Of a DNA stretch of 64,000 bases, positions 23,460 through 36,378 are shown one piece after another (positions within the stretch are counted from its first letter, which is position 1; the number at the start of each line of letters is the position of its first letter). The position numbers and the translations under genes were made by a program. Source of the stretch: Mobula hypostoma (taxonomy: Eukaryota); assembly GCF_963921235.1 (NCBI RefSeq), contig NC_086104.1, positions 21,700,001 through 21,764,000 of the forward strand. The letters are read 5' to 3'. Under the pieces are notes generated by a model, which ran no database searches, was not told where the DNA came from, and saw nothing but the letters and a program-made list of their open reading frames with translations.

Positions 23460-25324
23460 GCACCTCTTCCTACAGATGCTGCCTGGCCTGCTGCGTTCAC
23501 CAGATAGATCAGACAATTGTGCAATATTGCAAAGGAAGAATGGCTGAATCAAAAATGCAATGAAGTAGAAGGCCATATTAACAACAGCAAAGAAATGCAC
23601 AAGAAAATTATGGAAATTACTGGAATTAAGAAAACCTCCTCTACAGGATGCATAAGATCAGCAGACGGATCCATACTAACAGATCTAGATAAAGTACGTG
23701 AGAGGTGGATTCAGTATATAGAGCAGCTGTTTGAGGATAATAGAGGGGAACCCCCAGATATTAAACACCCTAATTCTGGCCCACCTATTACCAAAGAAGA
23801 AATAACTAAAGCAATGAAAAGCATGAAACATGGTAAAGCCACTGGACCTGCTGAAATTTCAGTGTAAATGATACAAGCCCTAAAAGATCTGGGCATATAT
23901 ATTCTGTTTGAACCGTTTAATCGCATATATGAGTCTGCTGTATTGCCTGACCATCTCTTGAAATCAGTATTTATAATTCTGTCAAAAATTCCTGGAACTA
24001 TTGACTGTGAAAATTATAGAACAATCAGTCTTATGAGTCATTATAAAAATTTTGTTGAGAATTGTTCTGAGTCGAATTAAAACCAAGTTAATACCAGAAA
24101 CTTCTAAACTGCAATATGGGTTTATTGAGGATAGAGGAACTAGGAACGCAATTTTCATACTATGAATGCTTTCAGAAAGGGCAATTGAATATCAAAATGA
24201 TGCCTTTTTATGTTTTATTGATTTCACTAAAGTATTCGACAAAGTGCAACATGAAAAATTATTTCAAATTCTCGCTAAATTAAACATTGACGGAAGGGAC
24301 CAACAACTGTTTCAAAACTTATATTGGAACCAAACGGCGGCGGTAAAAATTGATGATAATACAAGCAGTTGGACTAAAATTCAAAGAGGAGTTAGACAGG
24401 GATGCGTTGCCTCACCAGAATTATTTAATATCTGTAGTGAAATGATACTCAGAGAAATAGAAGACCTGGATGGAATAAAAACTGGAGGTGTTAACATCAA
24501 CAATATAAGATATGCAGACGATACCACCCTAATAGCAAGTGCTGCAGGAAACCTACAAATCCTCCTGGACAAAGTAGTGCAAACAAGTGCAGATTTTGGT
24601 CTAACCATCAACTGCAAAAAAAACCCCAAATGTATGGTAATATCAAAACAGCAGGATACTCCCAAATGCCAATTGTACATCGGTAACCAAGAGATTGAAC
24701 AAAGGACCAGCTTTAATTACCTTGGTAGCTTTACATCACAAGATGCTAGAAGTAGAGAAAAAAAGAATTGCCAATGCCAAAACCAACTTCCAAAAAATGA
24801 AACCCATTTTTAGCAACAGACACAGTTCTATAACAACAAGGCTTAGGCTACTAAAATGTTACATATGATCAATCTTGCTGAATGCTTCCAAAAGATGGAC
24901 TATAACACCAGAACTCCAAAGAAACTTAGAAGGAACAGAAATGTGGTTTCTTAGAAGAATGCTGAAAATATCATATAGAGATAGGGTAACTAATGAGACA
25001 GTACTCCAAAGTGCCCAGACAAAAAGATCTTTAATGAGAACATTAAATGAGAGGAAACTTAAATTCCTGGGCCATGTCGTCAGAAAGGGAGAAATAGAAT
25101 GCCTTACATTACAAGAGCGTATGCCTGGGAACCGTGGAAGAGGAAGGCAAAGAAGAAAATATATGGACACTGTGAAAGAACTAACAGATCTAAGTGTGCC
25201 AGATTATCATTGACACTGCGTGGGATCGTTCGATGTGGGAAAGCCATGATCGCCCAAGCGTGTAACGCACAAGGCACATGAAGAAGGTGATATCAAGGAT
25301 ATTAGCAAATTGTATTTTCCTAAA

Positions 25325-26075
25325 AGTTTATGACCATGAGATGCAGCAGCAGAAGTAGGACATTTGGCCCATCGAGTCTGCTCCATCATTTCATTATGGC
25401 TGATCCATTTCCCTCTCAGCCCCAATCTACTGCCTTCTCCACTGATCCCTTCATGCTCTATCAACCCCTGCCTAAAATACACACAATGAATTGGCCTCCA
25501 CAGCCGCCTCTGGCAACAAATTCCATAGATTCACCATTCTTTGCTAAAGAAAAACTTCCTCATCTCCACTCTAAATGGACATCCCTCTATTCTGAGATCT
25601 GGTCCTAGACTCCAGCACAAGAAACATTCTCTCCACATCCACTCTACCAAGGCTTTTCAGCATTTGATAGGTTCCAATGAAATCACCCCTGATTCTTCTG
25701 AATTCCAGTGAGAAGAGGCCCGGAGCCATCAAATACTCCTCATATGATAAGCCTTTGAATCTCAGAATCATTTTTGTGATCCTCCTTTGAACCCTCTTCA
25801 ATGTCAGCATGTTCCTTCTTAAATAAGGAGCCCCAAACAACTCTCAATACTCCAAGTGAGGCCTCACCAGAGCCTTCTAAAGTCTGAGCATTACATCCTT
25901 GTTTTTATATTCTAGTCCTCTAACATTGCATTTGCCTTCCTCACCACCGACTCAACCTGTAAAATAACCTTTAGGGAATCCTGCACAAGGACTCCCAAGT
26001 CCCTTTGCACCTCAGATTTTTGAATTTTCTCTCCATTCAAAAATAATTACTTTTTCTGCCAAAGTGCATGACCAC
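25325..26075 (-). mobile_element. CR1 (HER1-like) LINE 3' fragment
   Basis: APYLRRNMLTLKRVQRRITKMI..GLFSLEFRRIRGD. Confidence 0.85.
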
Positions 26076-26609
26076 ACACTTTGTGACTTCTTCTATCAAA
26101 AGTTATAATACCAATGTATCATTCAATTACTTCCTGTTACAAACTCAACAGGGTAATATGCCAATATTTAAATGTAGTTACCCACCACTATGTGCTGATC
26201 TTAATCTAGGAGCGCTAAGCAAAACGTGATGCAAGTAGCATAGCATGATTTGTGTGTGAAGCACAATGTTTTAGTGGAGTTCTATACAGTAAGGGAAAAA
26301 AATAAAGTTGTAACTAGGGGTTCAGACAAATGTGGATTTCAGAAAATTGGACTGTTCATTCATCTTAGCTGAAAGGATCAATAATGGTGCTAAATGGTTC
26401 AAGATTCAGACCTCAGATAGTTATTCAGCTGATGAGGACAAGATAAAAGTTAGTATTGATACACCACACAGTCAAATAGCAAGTATTCACCCCCATAAAC
26501 ATTATGGTAGTGATGAAAAAGTGTTTGAGAACTGAATTTGGTAATGAAGTATAAATCAGAACAATTCTTTCAAGCCTTTAAGTCATGTAATACAAAACAG
26601 TTTTTATAC

Positions 26610-26699
26610 CTTTAACACGTGTTGAAAAATCCAAGTCTTCACCTTTTTTCCTTTTGCCAGGCTTATTACTTTTCTTCACTGCGGGTGCACTGTCGACCT
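26610..26699 (-). CDS. CEBPZ: CEBPZ exon 13 (VDSAPAVKKSNKPGKRKKGEDLDFSTRVK)
   Basis: cag/gtataa boundaries, phase 1/1; KRK..D.DF motif. Confidence 0.88.
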
Positions 26700-26784
26700 C
26701 TGTACGTGAGCATAAGCATTGCATAGCATTTGGTTAAATTACATTACAAAGTGTCTATTCTGATCGCAGAGCATGGTATTCAAT

Positions 26785-29700
26785 CAAGTCATAGAGAAGT
26801 ACAGCACAGAAACGGACCATCTGGCCCATCTAGTTCATGCTCAAACCAGTTAAACTGCCAAATCCCATTGACCTGCACTGGGACCATAGCTCTCAATACC
26901 CTGACCATCCATGTACTATCCAAACTTATCTTAAACATTAAAATCCAGCTTGCATGCACCACCTGAACCAGCAGCTCAATCCACACTCTCACGACCCTCT
27001 GAGTGAAAAAGTTTTCCCTCATGTTCCCCTTACATTTCCCACCTTTCACCCTTAACTCATGACCTCAGGTTGTAGACCCACCTAACCTCAGTTGAAAAAG
27101 CCTGCTTGCATTTACCCTATCTATACTGCTCATAATTTTGTATACCTTGATCAAACCTCCTCTCAATCTTCTACTTTACAGTCCTAACCTAATCAATCTT
27201 TCCTTATAACTCAGGTCCTCCAGATCTTGCAACATCCTTGTAAATTTACTCTGTACTCTTTCAACCTTGTTTACATCTTTCTTGTAGGTAGGTGACTAAA
27301 ATTGCACACAATACTCCAAATTAGGCCTCACCAACATCTTATACAAGTTCAAAATAACATCCCATCTCCTGTACTCAATACATTGATCTACGTAGGCCAA
27401 GGTGCCAAAAGCTTTCTTTACGATCCTATCTACCAGTGTCACCACTTTCAATGAAGTATGGACCTATATTCTCAGATCCTTTTGTTCTACCACACTCCTC
27501 ATTCAGTACGTAAGACCTATCTTGATTGGTCCCACCGAGTGCAAAACCTTGCATTTGTCTGTAGATGTGAACTTCTCATTATTCAGGACATTCTCAGAGA
27601 CAGTTACGTAAAAAGGGCCTGAAGGATCATTGGGGAGCTGAGTCACCCCAACCACAAACTGTTCCAGCTGCTACCATCTTGGAAACGGTACCGCAGCATT
27701 AAAGCCAGGACCAACAGGCTCCGGGACAGCTTCTTCCACCAGGCCATCACACTGATTAATTACTCTGATACAATTGTATTTCTATGCTATATCGACTGTC
27801 CTGTTGTACATACTATTCATTACAAATTACTATAAATTGCACAATTGAAACGTCACAAAGATTTTTACTCATGAATGTGAATGTAAGAAATAAATTCAAT
27901 TCAATTCATTAAATTCTATCTGCCATTTTTCCAGCTGATGCAGATCCCTCTGGAAGCCATGACAGCCTTCCTCACTGTCCACTACACCCCCAATCCTGGT
28001 GTCATCACCCAGCACAGATGCCTGCGGCACACCAGTAGTCACAGACCTCCAGTCAAAAAGGCAACCTTCTATAACCACTCTCTGGCTTCTCCCACAGAGC
28101 TGATGTCTAATCCAATTGACTACCTCATCCTGAATGCTGAGTGACTGCACCTTCTTGACCAGCCTCCCACGCTGGACCTTGTCAAATGCTGTACTAAAGT
28201 CCATGTAGACAACATCCACTGCCTTGCCTTCATCCAGTTTCCTGGTAACTTCCTCGATAAATTCTGTAAGATTGGTTAGACATGATCTACCTTGCATGAA
28301 GCGGTGCTATCTATCCTTACTCAATCCATGTCTATCCAAATACTTACATATCCAGTCCCTTAGAATACCTTCCAATAATTTTCACACAACTGATGTCAAA
28401 CTCAGCAGCCGATAATTTTCTGGTTTATTTTTAGAGCCTTTTTTAAACAGCGGAACGACATTGGCTCTCCTCCAATGGTCTGGTACCTCCCCTGTTGCTA
28501 AGGATAATTTAAATCTCTACCAGGGCCACGGCAATATCAGCACTTGCCTTCCATAGGGTACAAGTGAACACCTCGTCAGGCCCTGGGGATTTATTCACCC
28601 TGACTTGCCTCAGGCTAGCAAACACCACCTCCTATGTAATCTGTACAGGGTCCATGAAGTTGATGCCTCTTTGCCTTACTTTTATAGACCCTGTGTCCAT
28701 CTCCTGAGTAAATACAGATACAAAAAAAAAAATTTAAGATCTCCCCCATCTGTTTTGGCTCCACACACGGATTACCATCATGATCTTCCAGAGTCCAATT
28801 TTGTCCCTTGCAATCCTTTTGCTCTTAACATATTTGTAGAATCGCTCACGATTCTCCCTCACCTTGTCTGCTAGAGCAACTTCATGCCTTCTTTTAGCCC
28901 TCCTGATTTCTTTCTTAAGTGTTCTCTTGAATTTCTTGTACCCCATAAGCACCTCATTTGTTCCTACAACACACACAAAATGCTGGTGGACAGGCAACAT
29001 CATTTGTTCCTAGTTGCCTATCCCTGTTAAGCACCTCCTTTATTCTCTTAGCATATATGTATAGGCATCCATTAGTCTCGTGAGACCATGGATTTGTGCC
29101 TTGGAAGATTTCCAGGGCGCAGGCCTGGGCAAGGTTGTATGGAAGACCAGCAGTTCCCATGCTGCAAGTCTCCCCTCTCCACGCCACTGATGTTGTCCAA
29201 GGGAAGGGCATTAGGACCCATACAGCTTGGCACCGGTGTTGTCGCAGAGCAATGTGTGCCTTGACCAAGGCTCAAACTAGTGACCTTCAGATCGCTAGAT
29301 GACCGCCTTAAACACTTGGCCACACGCCAGCACAATTCTCTTAACAAGGCCCTCAATATCTCTTGAAAAAGAATGTTCCCTACACACTTGTTATCTTTAA
29401 CTTCTACCCTGAAAGGTACATACAAGCTTTGTACTCTCAAAATTTCACTTTTGAAGGTCTTCCACTTAAGTACACATTTGCCAGAAAACAGTTTGTCCTA
29501 ATCCACACTTGCCAGATTATTTCTGATACCATCAAAATTGGCCTTTCTCCAATTTAGAATCTCAATCCATGGACCAGATCTATCTCTTTACATATTTACT
29601 TTGACACTAATGGCATTGTGATCTCTGGATGCAAAGTATTCCCCTATGCAAACTTCTGTCACCTGCCCTGTCTCATTTCCTAATAGCATATTCAGCACTG

Positions 29701-30960
29701 CACGCTCTCTCGTTGGGACTTCTATGTACTGATGAAGGAAATTTTCCTGAACACATTTGACAAACTCTATGCCATCTAGTCTTTTTCCAGTATGGGAGTC
29801 CCAGTCAATATGTGGAAAGTTAAAATCACCTACAATAACAATCGTATGATTCTTGCAACAGTCTGCGATTTCTTTACAAATTTGTTTCCTCTAAATCTCT
29901 ATGATTGTTGGGTGGTCTGCATACAGCCCCATTAATGCAGTCATACCTTTCTTATTTCTCAATTCCAACTCAGTAGAGTTCTCCAGTCTTCCTGACGAAG
30001 CACTGCCATGACATTTACCCTGACTAGTAACACCACCCCTCCTCCTTTAATCCAGGTATTGATCCATGGCCTGAGCCATCCGCCTTCCCTATGATACTTC
30101 TTGCATTGAAATATACGCAGCTCAGGACACTAGTCACACCATGCTCAACCTTTTGATTCGTCTTTTCGGAGGTTACCATTATCTGTTTCCACAACTTCTC
30201 CACTAACTGTTCTGGCACTCTGGTTCCCATACCCCTGCAACTCTAGTTTAAACTCCACTGTGCAGCATTAACAAACCTTCCCACTAGGATATTAGATCAC
30301 CACCCCCTCCCCCCCCCCCCCCCCCAGTTCAGGTGCAAACCACCCCTTCTGTACAGGTCCCATCTTCCTTGGAAGAGAGCCCAACGATCCAAAAATCTTA
30401 TGCCCTCCCTCCTAACCAACTCCGTAGCCACTAATTAAATTGTATATTCTTCCTAGTTCTGGCCTCACTAGCACATGGCATGGTAGCAATCCTGAGATCA
30501 CAACTCCGGAGTCCTGCCCTTTAATTTAGCACCAGACTCCCTGAACCCCATATGCAGAACCCTGTCACTTGTCCTACCCATGTCATTAGTACCTATGTGG
30601 ACCATGATATCTAGATGTTCACCCTCCCACTTAAGAATGCTGAGGACTCGATCCAAAAAGTTCCAGACCCTGGCACCCGGGAGGCAACATACCATCTGGG
30701 AATCCTGTTCTTGCCCATAGAACCTCCTTTCAGCAACTCTAACTAATAAATTCCCAATCACTGCAGCGCGCCTCTTCTCCCCCCTTCCCTTCTGAGTCAC
30801 AGAGGCAGACGCAGTGCCAGAGACCCAAATGCTGTGACTTTTCCTGTTAGTTCAATCCCCTTGACACCATCCAAAGTGGAATACTTGTTTTTGAAATGGG
30901 ATGGCCACAGAGGTACTCTGAACTGGCTCATGAACCCCTTTCCCCTTGCTCACTGTCACT
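26785..30960 (-). mobile_element. Long decayed CR1 LINE (ORF1 SGNH esterase, APE, RT, 3' UTR) with nested Rex1-like fragment (~27590-27905) and SINE
   Basis: ORF1 AVIGN..VCCLPGARV..VHIGTND (30498-30800); YFNARSI; GRSCLTNL..VYMDFSTAFDKV. Confidence 0.88.
29060..29330 (-). mobile_element. tRNA-derived SINE (same family as 53700-54002)
   Basis: Reverse complement is near-identical to 53700-54002. Confidence 0.85.
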
Positions 30961-31220
30961 GAAAAGGTAAAATGAAAGTTCGAAATTGTTACTTGAAACC
31001 CCACTTAAGGATTTTGTAGAGTTGAAAATAGAACTGCTATTTAGTTTTCAACAGATGAAACACCTGAACACACTAAGCAAATCTTTTAATATCTTTTATT
31101 TATGAGAGTGCACATGAACTTAAAAGCCAAGGATCTGTTAATATTCTTCTTCTCCTTGACAGCTGGCTAATATTGTGAACTGGCAATATTATTGAATAGC
31201 ACTGAATATACAAATAGTAC

Positions 31221-31405
31221 CTTCATCATCTGTATCATTCAAAAATAGACCAGCATCTTCTCCCACAACTTCACCAAAGTCTTCCTCCTCCAAGCTTCCT
31301 AATGACACTTCTTCATCATCCAGATTATTCACATCATCATCATCATCATCTGAATCTGAATCAACTTGCTCATCAGTTTCCTTTGATGATTTTGGCTTCA
31401 TATTA
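31221..31405 (-). CDS. CEBPZ: CEBPZ exon 12 (acidic region)
   Basis: NMKPKSSKE..DDEEVSLGSLEEEDF..DDE; cag/gtacta boundaries. Confidence 0.93.
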
Positions 31406-32270
31406 CTGTTAACATAGTGAATATTTTTTCAGTTAGTGAGTGATTCTTTAAAAAATCTCCAATGACAACAACCACAAGTCTTAGAAATAAGTATTGGAAA
31501 TTGCCTAACAAGAAAGCAATTTGCTGTTGGTTTTTCTTCCATGTTCTTAAAGTATAGCAAAACACTTTCTGCTTGTTATTTCTATTTGTATGATGATTAC
31601 AATCTCCTCCATCAAATTAAATACATGAAGTTACTGCAGGTGTTGGAATATGGGGCAACTTCTGCAGTGGATTATGTAGTATTTACTTATTTATTGAGAT
31701 ACAGCACAAAAACAGTATCTGTGGGAGCCGTGGGAGTCAAAATTGTTTCAGGTCAAAACCTGCACCAGTCCTAAAACTGGAGAATGCACACAGCAAAAAG
31801 GAGAGAGACAGAATAGAGGAACACTATAGATGATTGATGGATTGGAAGAAAGTAGGGCTTCCCAGGTAACCATTTCATGTTTATTTTCTCCATAGAGGCG
31901 CTGTACTTTTCTGTTTCAAATTATTTAGTTGTTTTCCATTTAAAAGTAATTACTACCATGCAATCTTTTGTGCCCACTCTATTTTCTCACTTCTCACTAT
32001 CCTGTCTTCATCTGGAACTTAACCTGGTTGTTTTCTTATTTTTCCAGCTCTGGTGACAGGTCCTCAAACTGAAACATTGGTTCTGTTGCTCTCCCACTGA
32101 TGTGGCTTGACCCATTGAACATTTACAGCATTTACAGTTTTTGTTTTGTATTTCCAGCATTTGCAGTGTTTTGCTTCAACAGATAGGCTTAAACCAAAGA
32201 GCACGTAATAAGCAAAAGGACAAACACTCTCAAAGAAAACAGGTTGGTAGATTGAATTATGCAATATTAC

Positions 32271-32328
32271 CTTGCAAAATCTAAACTGTCTTCGATGGTT
32301 TTAAAATATTTATCTCCTTCAAGGGAAT
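32271..32328 (-). CDS. CEBPZ: CEBPZ exon 11 (SLEGDKYFKTIEDSLDFA)
   Basis: cag/gtaata boundaries; DFA motif; phase continuity. Confidence 0.92.
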
Positions 32329-32505
32329 CTGCAAATGGTAAGTGGCATAAGTGTTTAAAACTTTTCACTTTTGACTTGTACAATGGAATCAACAGCTGAT
32401 TGATCATTTTGAGAGAAGCAGTTTTTATATACAAGCACAATTCATAATTCCACACATAAATGCTCCAAGTTTTTTATTGAACCTATATAGATTAATAAGG
32501 TTTAC

Positions 32506-32606
32506 CTAGCAATTGTTCAAACTCATCATCATCCACATCTTCCACAGCTTCTTCGCCTCTGTGAAATCTTTGTGATTTTTGCAATGCGTCAAGCTTTTTG
32601 TAATAC
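32506..32606 (-). CDS. CEBPZ: CEBPZ exon 10 (YYKKLD..VEDVDDDEFEQLL)
   Basis: cag/gtaaac boundaries; conserved EDVDD.EFE. Confidence 0.94.
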
Positions 32607-33289
32607 CTGAATAAGGTTCATGTGTAATAATTAGAAATTTCAAACATCACATGTTAATTTTCTTAAAATAATCTTCAGTTTTGCCACTCTGATCAGAAAG
32701 AATTCAGATTCAAAATGATGTTAATCTCTGTATTCAACCTACCGCACTTGGACCCAGTTTAAGCTACTGGAGCACACTGAAAGCCACTGCTAAACCAGAG
32801 ATGTACAAAGTAAATCACTGCTTTTCATTATTCACTAAAATCTAACCAAAATTATCTCTAAATTATGGATTGTTGAATGCATTTTAATCTGCATACAAAG
32901 AATGGTTCACCAGAATGAGGCATTAAGTAGTAATGAAACACAGGATACAAACTGCCTTAAGAAACTAACAAAAGACTCCTGTTAAAATGTAAAGGTCTGT
33001 TGCTCATGGTACTGTGAAATACAGGCAAGGTAATTAACTTGTCAATTGTGACTCAGTGGTACTATAATATGCAAGTAAGCAAGCTGAGAGTTCATTTTCT
33101 ACTTCAAAGACTTGTGCAAACATATTTAGGCTGGCACTCAAGGGCAACATTGAGGGAACATTATACTGGCAAATGTTCTGTCTTTCAGGTAATGTGTTAA
33201 ATTGTGTCATTATTCTGATCAGGGAAAGGGAAAATTTTCCCAAATCCTAGCCAATATTAATCCCTCACCCAAAGTTTTCAAAACTATTT

Positions 33290-34370
33290 AGAGTCATGGA
33301 GGCGTCTAACACTACAGCACAAAACAGGCTCTTCAGCCCATCTAGTCCCATCAACCTGCATCTGGACCATGCTCCCCATACCCCTCCCATCCATACCCAA
33401 ATTTCCTTAAATGTTGAAATCAAATTCACCACTTCTGCTGGTAGATTGTTCCACTCTCACCACCCTGAGTAAAGTTCCCCTTAAATTGTTCACCTTTCAC
33501 CCTTAGCACAAGACCTCTAGTTCTAGTCTCACCCAACCTCAGTGGAAAAAGCCTGTTTGCATTTATCCAGTCGAGACCCCTCAATTTTATTTCCCTCTAT
33601 CCAATCTCTCCTCATTCTCCTATGCTCTAGGGAATAAAGTCCTAACCTAATCAACTTTTCCTTATAACTCAGGTCCTCAACTCCTGGCAATATCCTTGTA
33701 AATTTTCCCTGTACTCTATCTTATTGATATCGTTCCTGTACATAGGTAACCAGAACTGCACACAATATTCCAAGTCAGGCCTCACCAGCATCTTATACAA
33801 CTTCAACATAAAATTCCAACTCCTGCACTCAGTACTTTGACTTATGAATGCCAATATGCCAAAATTTCTCTTTTATGACCCTACCTACTTGTGATGCCAC
33901 TTTCAAGGAATTATGGATCTGTATTCTCAGATCCCTCTGTTCTACCGCACTCCTCAGTGCTCAACTGCTCACGATTTAAGTCCTACCCTGGTTTGCCTTC
34001 CCAAAGTATAACACTTCACACTTGTCTCATTTAATTCAGCCATGTTCAGCCCCTTTTTCCAGCTGGTACAGATCCCACTGCAAGCTCTGACAGCATTCCT
34101 CGCTGTCTACTACACCCCTAATCTTGGTGTCAGCCACAAATTTGCTGATCCAGTTTACCACATTATCATCCAGATCATTGATATAGATGACAAACAACAA
34201 CAGACCCAGCACTGATCCCTCTGGCACACCATGTGCCACAGGCCTCCAGTCAGAGGCAACCATCTACAACCACTCTCTGGCTTCTCCTACAATCCCATGT
34301 CTAATCCAATTAACTACCTCATCCTGAATGCCGAGCCACTGAACTTTCTCGTCCAACCTCCCATGTGAAA
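33290..34370 (-). mobile_element. CR1 LINE 3' fragment
   Basis: GVPEGSVLG..FVIYINDLD..KFVADTK; LYKMLVRPDLEYCVQFW. Confidence 0.85.
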
Positions 34371-34674
34371 GTTTATCAAATTATTGCACTGCGTAAATTG
34401 ACTGCTTGACTTACATTACAATAAACTACACATCGGGAGATACTCAATGGATGCAAATCATTCTATGATATTCTGAAGTAATGAAAGGTGCTTACATATT
34501 CAACTTTTTTTAAAAAAAGTTACAGAATAATACAAAGTCTCCCACTGTGAACAGTCTAAAGACTCTCAGGCATTCTTTTACTCATTTGCCTGCTGGTCCC
34601 TCCACATGTTGCGTGACAATGATTCTCTTCAGATACGTTAACTATAGTACAAACATTAAATAATCGAAACTTAC

Positions 34675-34741
34675 CTATGAAAGAATATTTCATCCACTGG
34701 GATCTGACTCTCCTCTTGTTCAATAAACTTCTTACTATTTA
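34675..34741 (-). CDS. CEBPZ: CEBPZ exon 9 (NSKKFIEQEESQIPVDEIFFH)
   Basis: cag/gtaagt boundaries; conserved IPVDE.FFH. Confidence 0.95.
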
Positions 34742-35735
34742 CTGCAAACATTTTAAACCATATAGATATCAATAACATTCTCAATATCTTACTTTGGCAC
34801 TAGGCTTGCAAAGTAGTAATTTCAAAAATCTCAATTTCACACCATTAAGATAATTCTTTGCACATTTTAAATAAAGCATTATTTAAATAAATTTAATACA
34901 TCAAACTACTAATGCATTTGCACTCGTGAAAGATGAATAACATGCAAGCAAATCAGATCATCATGGTCAGCACAGACATGGTGAGCCAAAGGACCCATTA
35001 CTCTGTTGTACTTCTCGATCTGTGCTGTGCAGCAGCACCCAAGTGCAAGTACAGAAGAAGCACGGCAACACGTCTACTTTCTTAGAAGTAGAAGATTCAG
35101 CATGATATCTAGAACACTAACAAACTTCTATCGATGTGTGGTGTAGAGTATATTGACTGGCTACATCAAAGCCTGGTATAGAAATACCAATGCCTTTGAA
35201 TGGAAAATCCTACAAAAGTAGTGGATACAGCCTAGTCCACCACAGGTAAAGCCCTCCCCATCATTGAGCACACCTACGCAGAGCAGTATCGCAGGAAAGC
35301 AGCAACCGTCATCAGGGACCCCTCGCCACCCAGGTCATGCTCTCTTCTCGCTGCTGCCATTAGGACGGTAGTAGGGAGCCTCAGGACTCTCAGTGCAAGG
35401 TTCAGGAACAGTTAGAACCCTTCAACCATCAGACTCTTGAACCAGTGGGGATAACTTACTTGCCCACCACTAAATTGTTCCTACAATCGATGGGCTCACT
35501 TTCAAGGACTCTTCATTTCATGTTCTTGATATTTATGGGTTATTAATTTATTATTAATATGCACTTACTATTATTATTTTTTTATTTTGTATTTGCACAA
35601 TGTGTTGCCTTTTGTGTATTGGTTGTTTGTCCGCCCTGTTGGGTAGAATCTTTCACTGATTCTATTATGGTAATTGGAATTATTCAGTTTGTCCTGCAAG
35701 AAAATGAATCTTAGGTTTGTATATGGTGACATATA

Positions 35736-36378
35736 TAGTCGGCCTTCCGCATCCGCTGGGGTTTGGTTCCGNNNNNNNNNNNNNNNNNNNNNNNNNNNNN
35801 NNNNNNNNNNNNNNNNNNNNNNNNNNNNNNNNNNNNNNNNNNNNNNNNNNNNNNNNNNNNNNNNNNNNNNNNNNNNNNNNNNNNNNNNNNNNNNNNNNNN
35901 NNNNNNNNNNNNNNNNNNNNNNNNNNNNNNNNNNNNNNNNNNNNNNNNNNNNNNNNNNNNNNNNNNNNNNNNNNNNNNNNNNNNNNNNNNNNNNNNNNNN
36001 NNNNNNNNNNNNNNNACGCTGACGCTGCCTCAGCCGATTCTCCCATGATCTTTAAGTTCTTGAGGCTATAGCACTTTACATAGCTAGCCAGCCATCCCTT
36101 ACTAGCCTTAAACTCCTTTTTATTTTCTTGGCGAGAGATAGCACTTTATGCTCCCTCTTAGCCGTTGAGGAATTGCTTTGACTGCTTAATTGCTTTTTAG
36201 GAGCCACTTTTTCACAGAAGCAAAGGGTGTACACAACACAAGTAATTACTGAATGAGACGCGAGGCGAACAATGCTCATACGATGAGTGCTGGAGAGAGA
36301 ACTGTTCTTTTTTCTGATCTCGATCCGCAGTTGGTTGAATCTGCGGATGCAGAACCCGCAGATACAGAGGGCTGACTA
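35736..36378 (-). mobile_element. Tigger/pogo-derived MITE spanning the assembly gap
   Basis: TIRs tagtcggccttccgcatccgc... and ...gcagatacagagggctgacta, each flanked by TA; remnant APKKQ..AKREHKVLSLAKKIK resembles a pogo transposase N-terminus. Confidence 0.75.
35772..36015. other. Assembly gap (244 N)
   Basis: Run of N. Confidence 1.

Larger units (their letters stand above)
21484..23500. mobile_element. Inverted PLE duplet nested in the RTE; 16-bp TSD
   Basis: GIY-YIG + pLTR on the minus strand (21484-22332) and on the plus strand (22470-23500); TSD cagatagatcagacaa at 21468-21483 and 23501-23516. Confidence 0.92.
18294..25285 (+). mobile_element. Apparently full-length decayed RTE-clade LINE (APE + RT), ~3.35 kb net, carrying two nested PLE insertions; 9-bp TSD
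   Basis: LRVATWNI, GVGIIL, IIQAYVPT, MGDFNAKVG, NQIDFI, SDHHPV, FIDFTKVFDKV, GVRQGCVASP, RYADD; TSD ggtgatatc at 18285-18293 and 25286-25294. Confidence 0.9.

Noticed and set aside
35674-36071. ORFs spanning X runs
   Set aside because: Artefacts of the N gap
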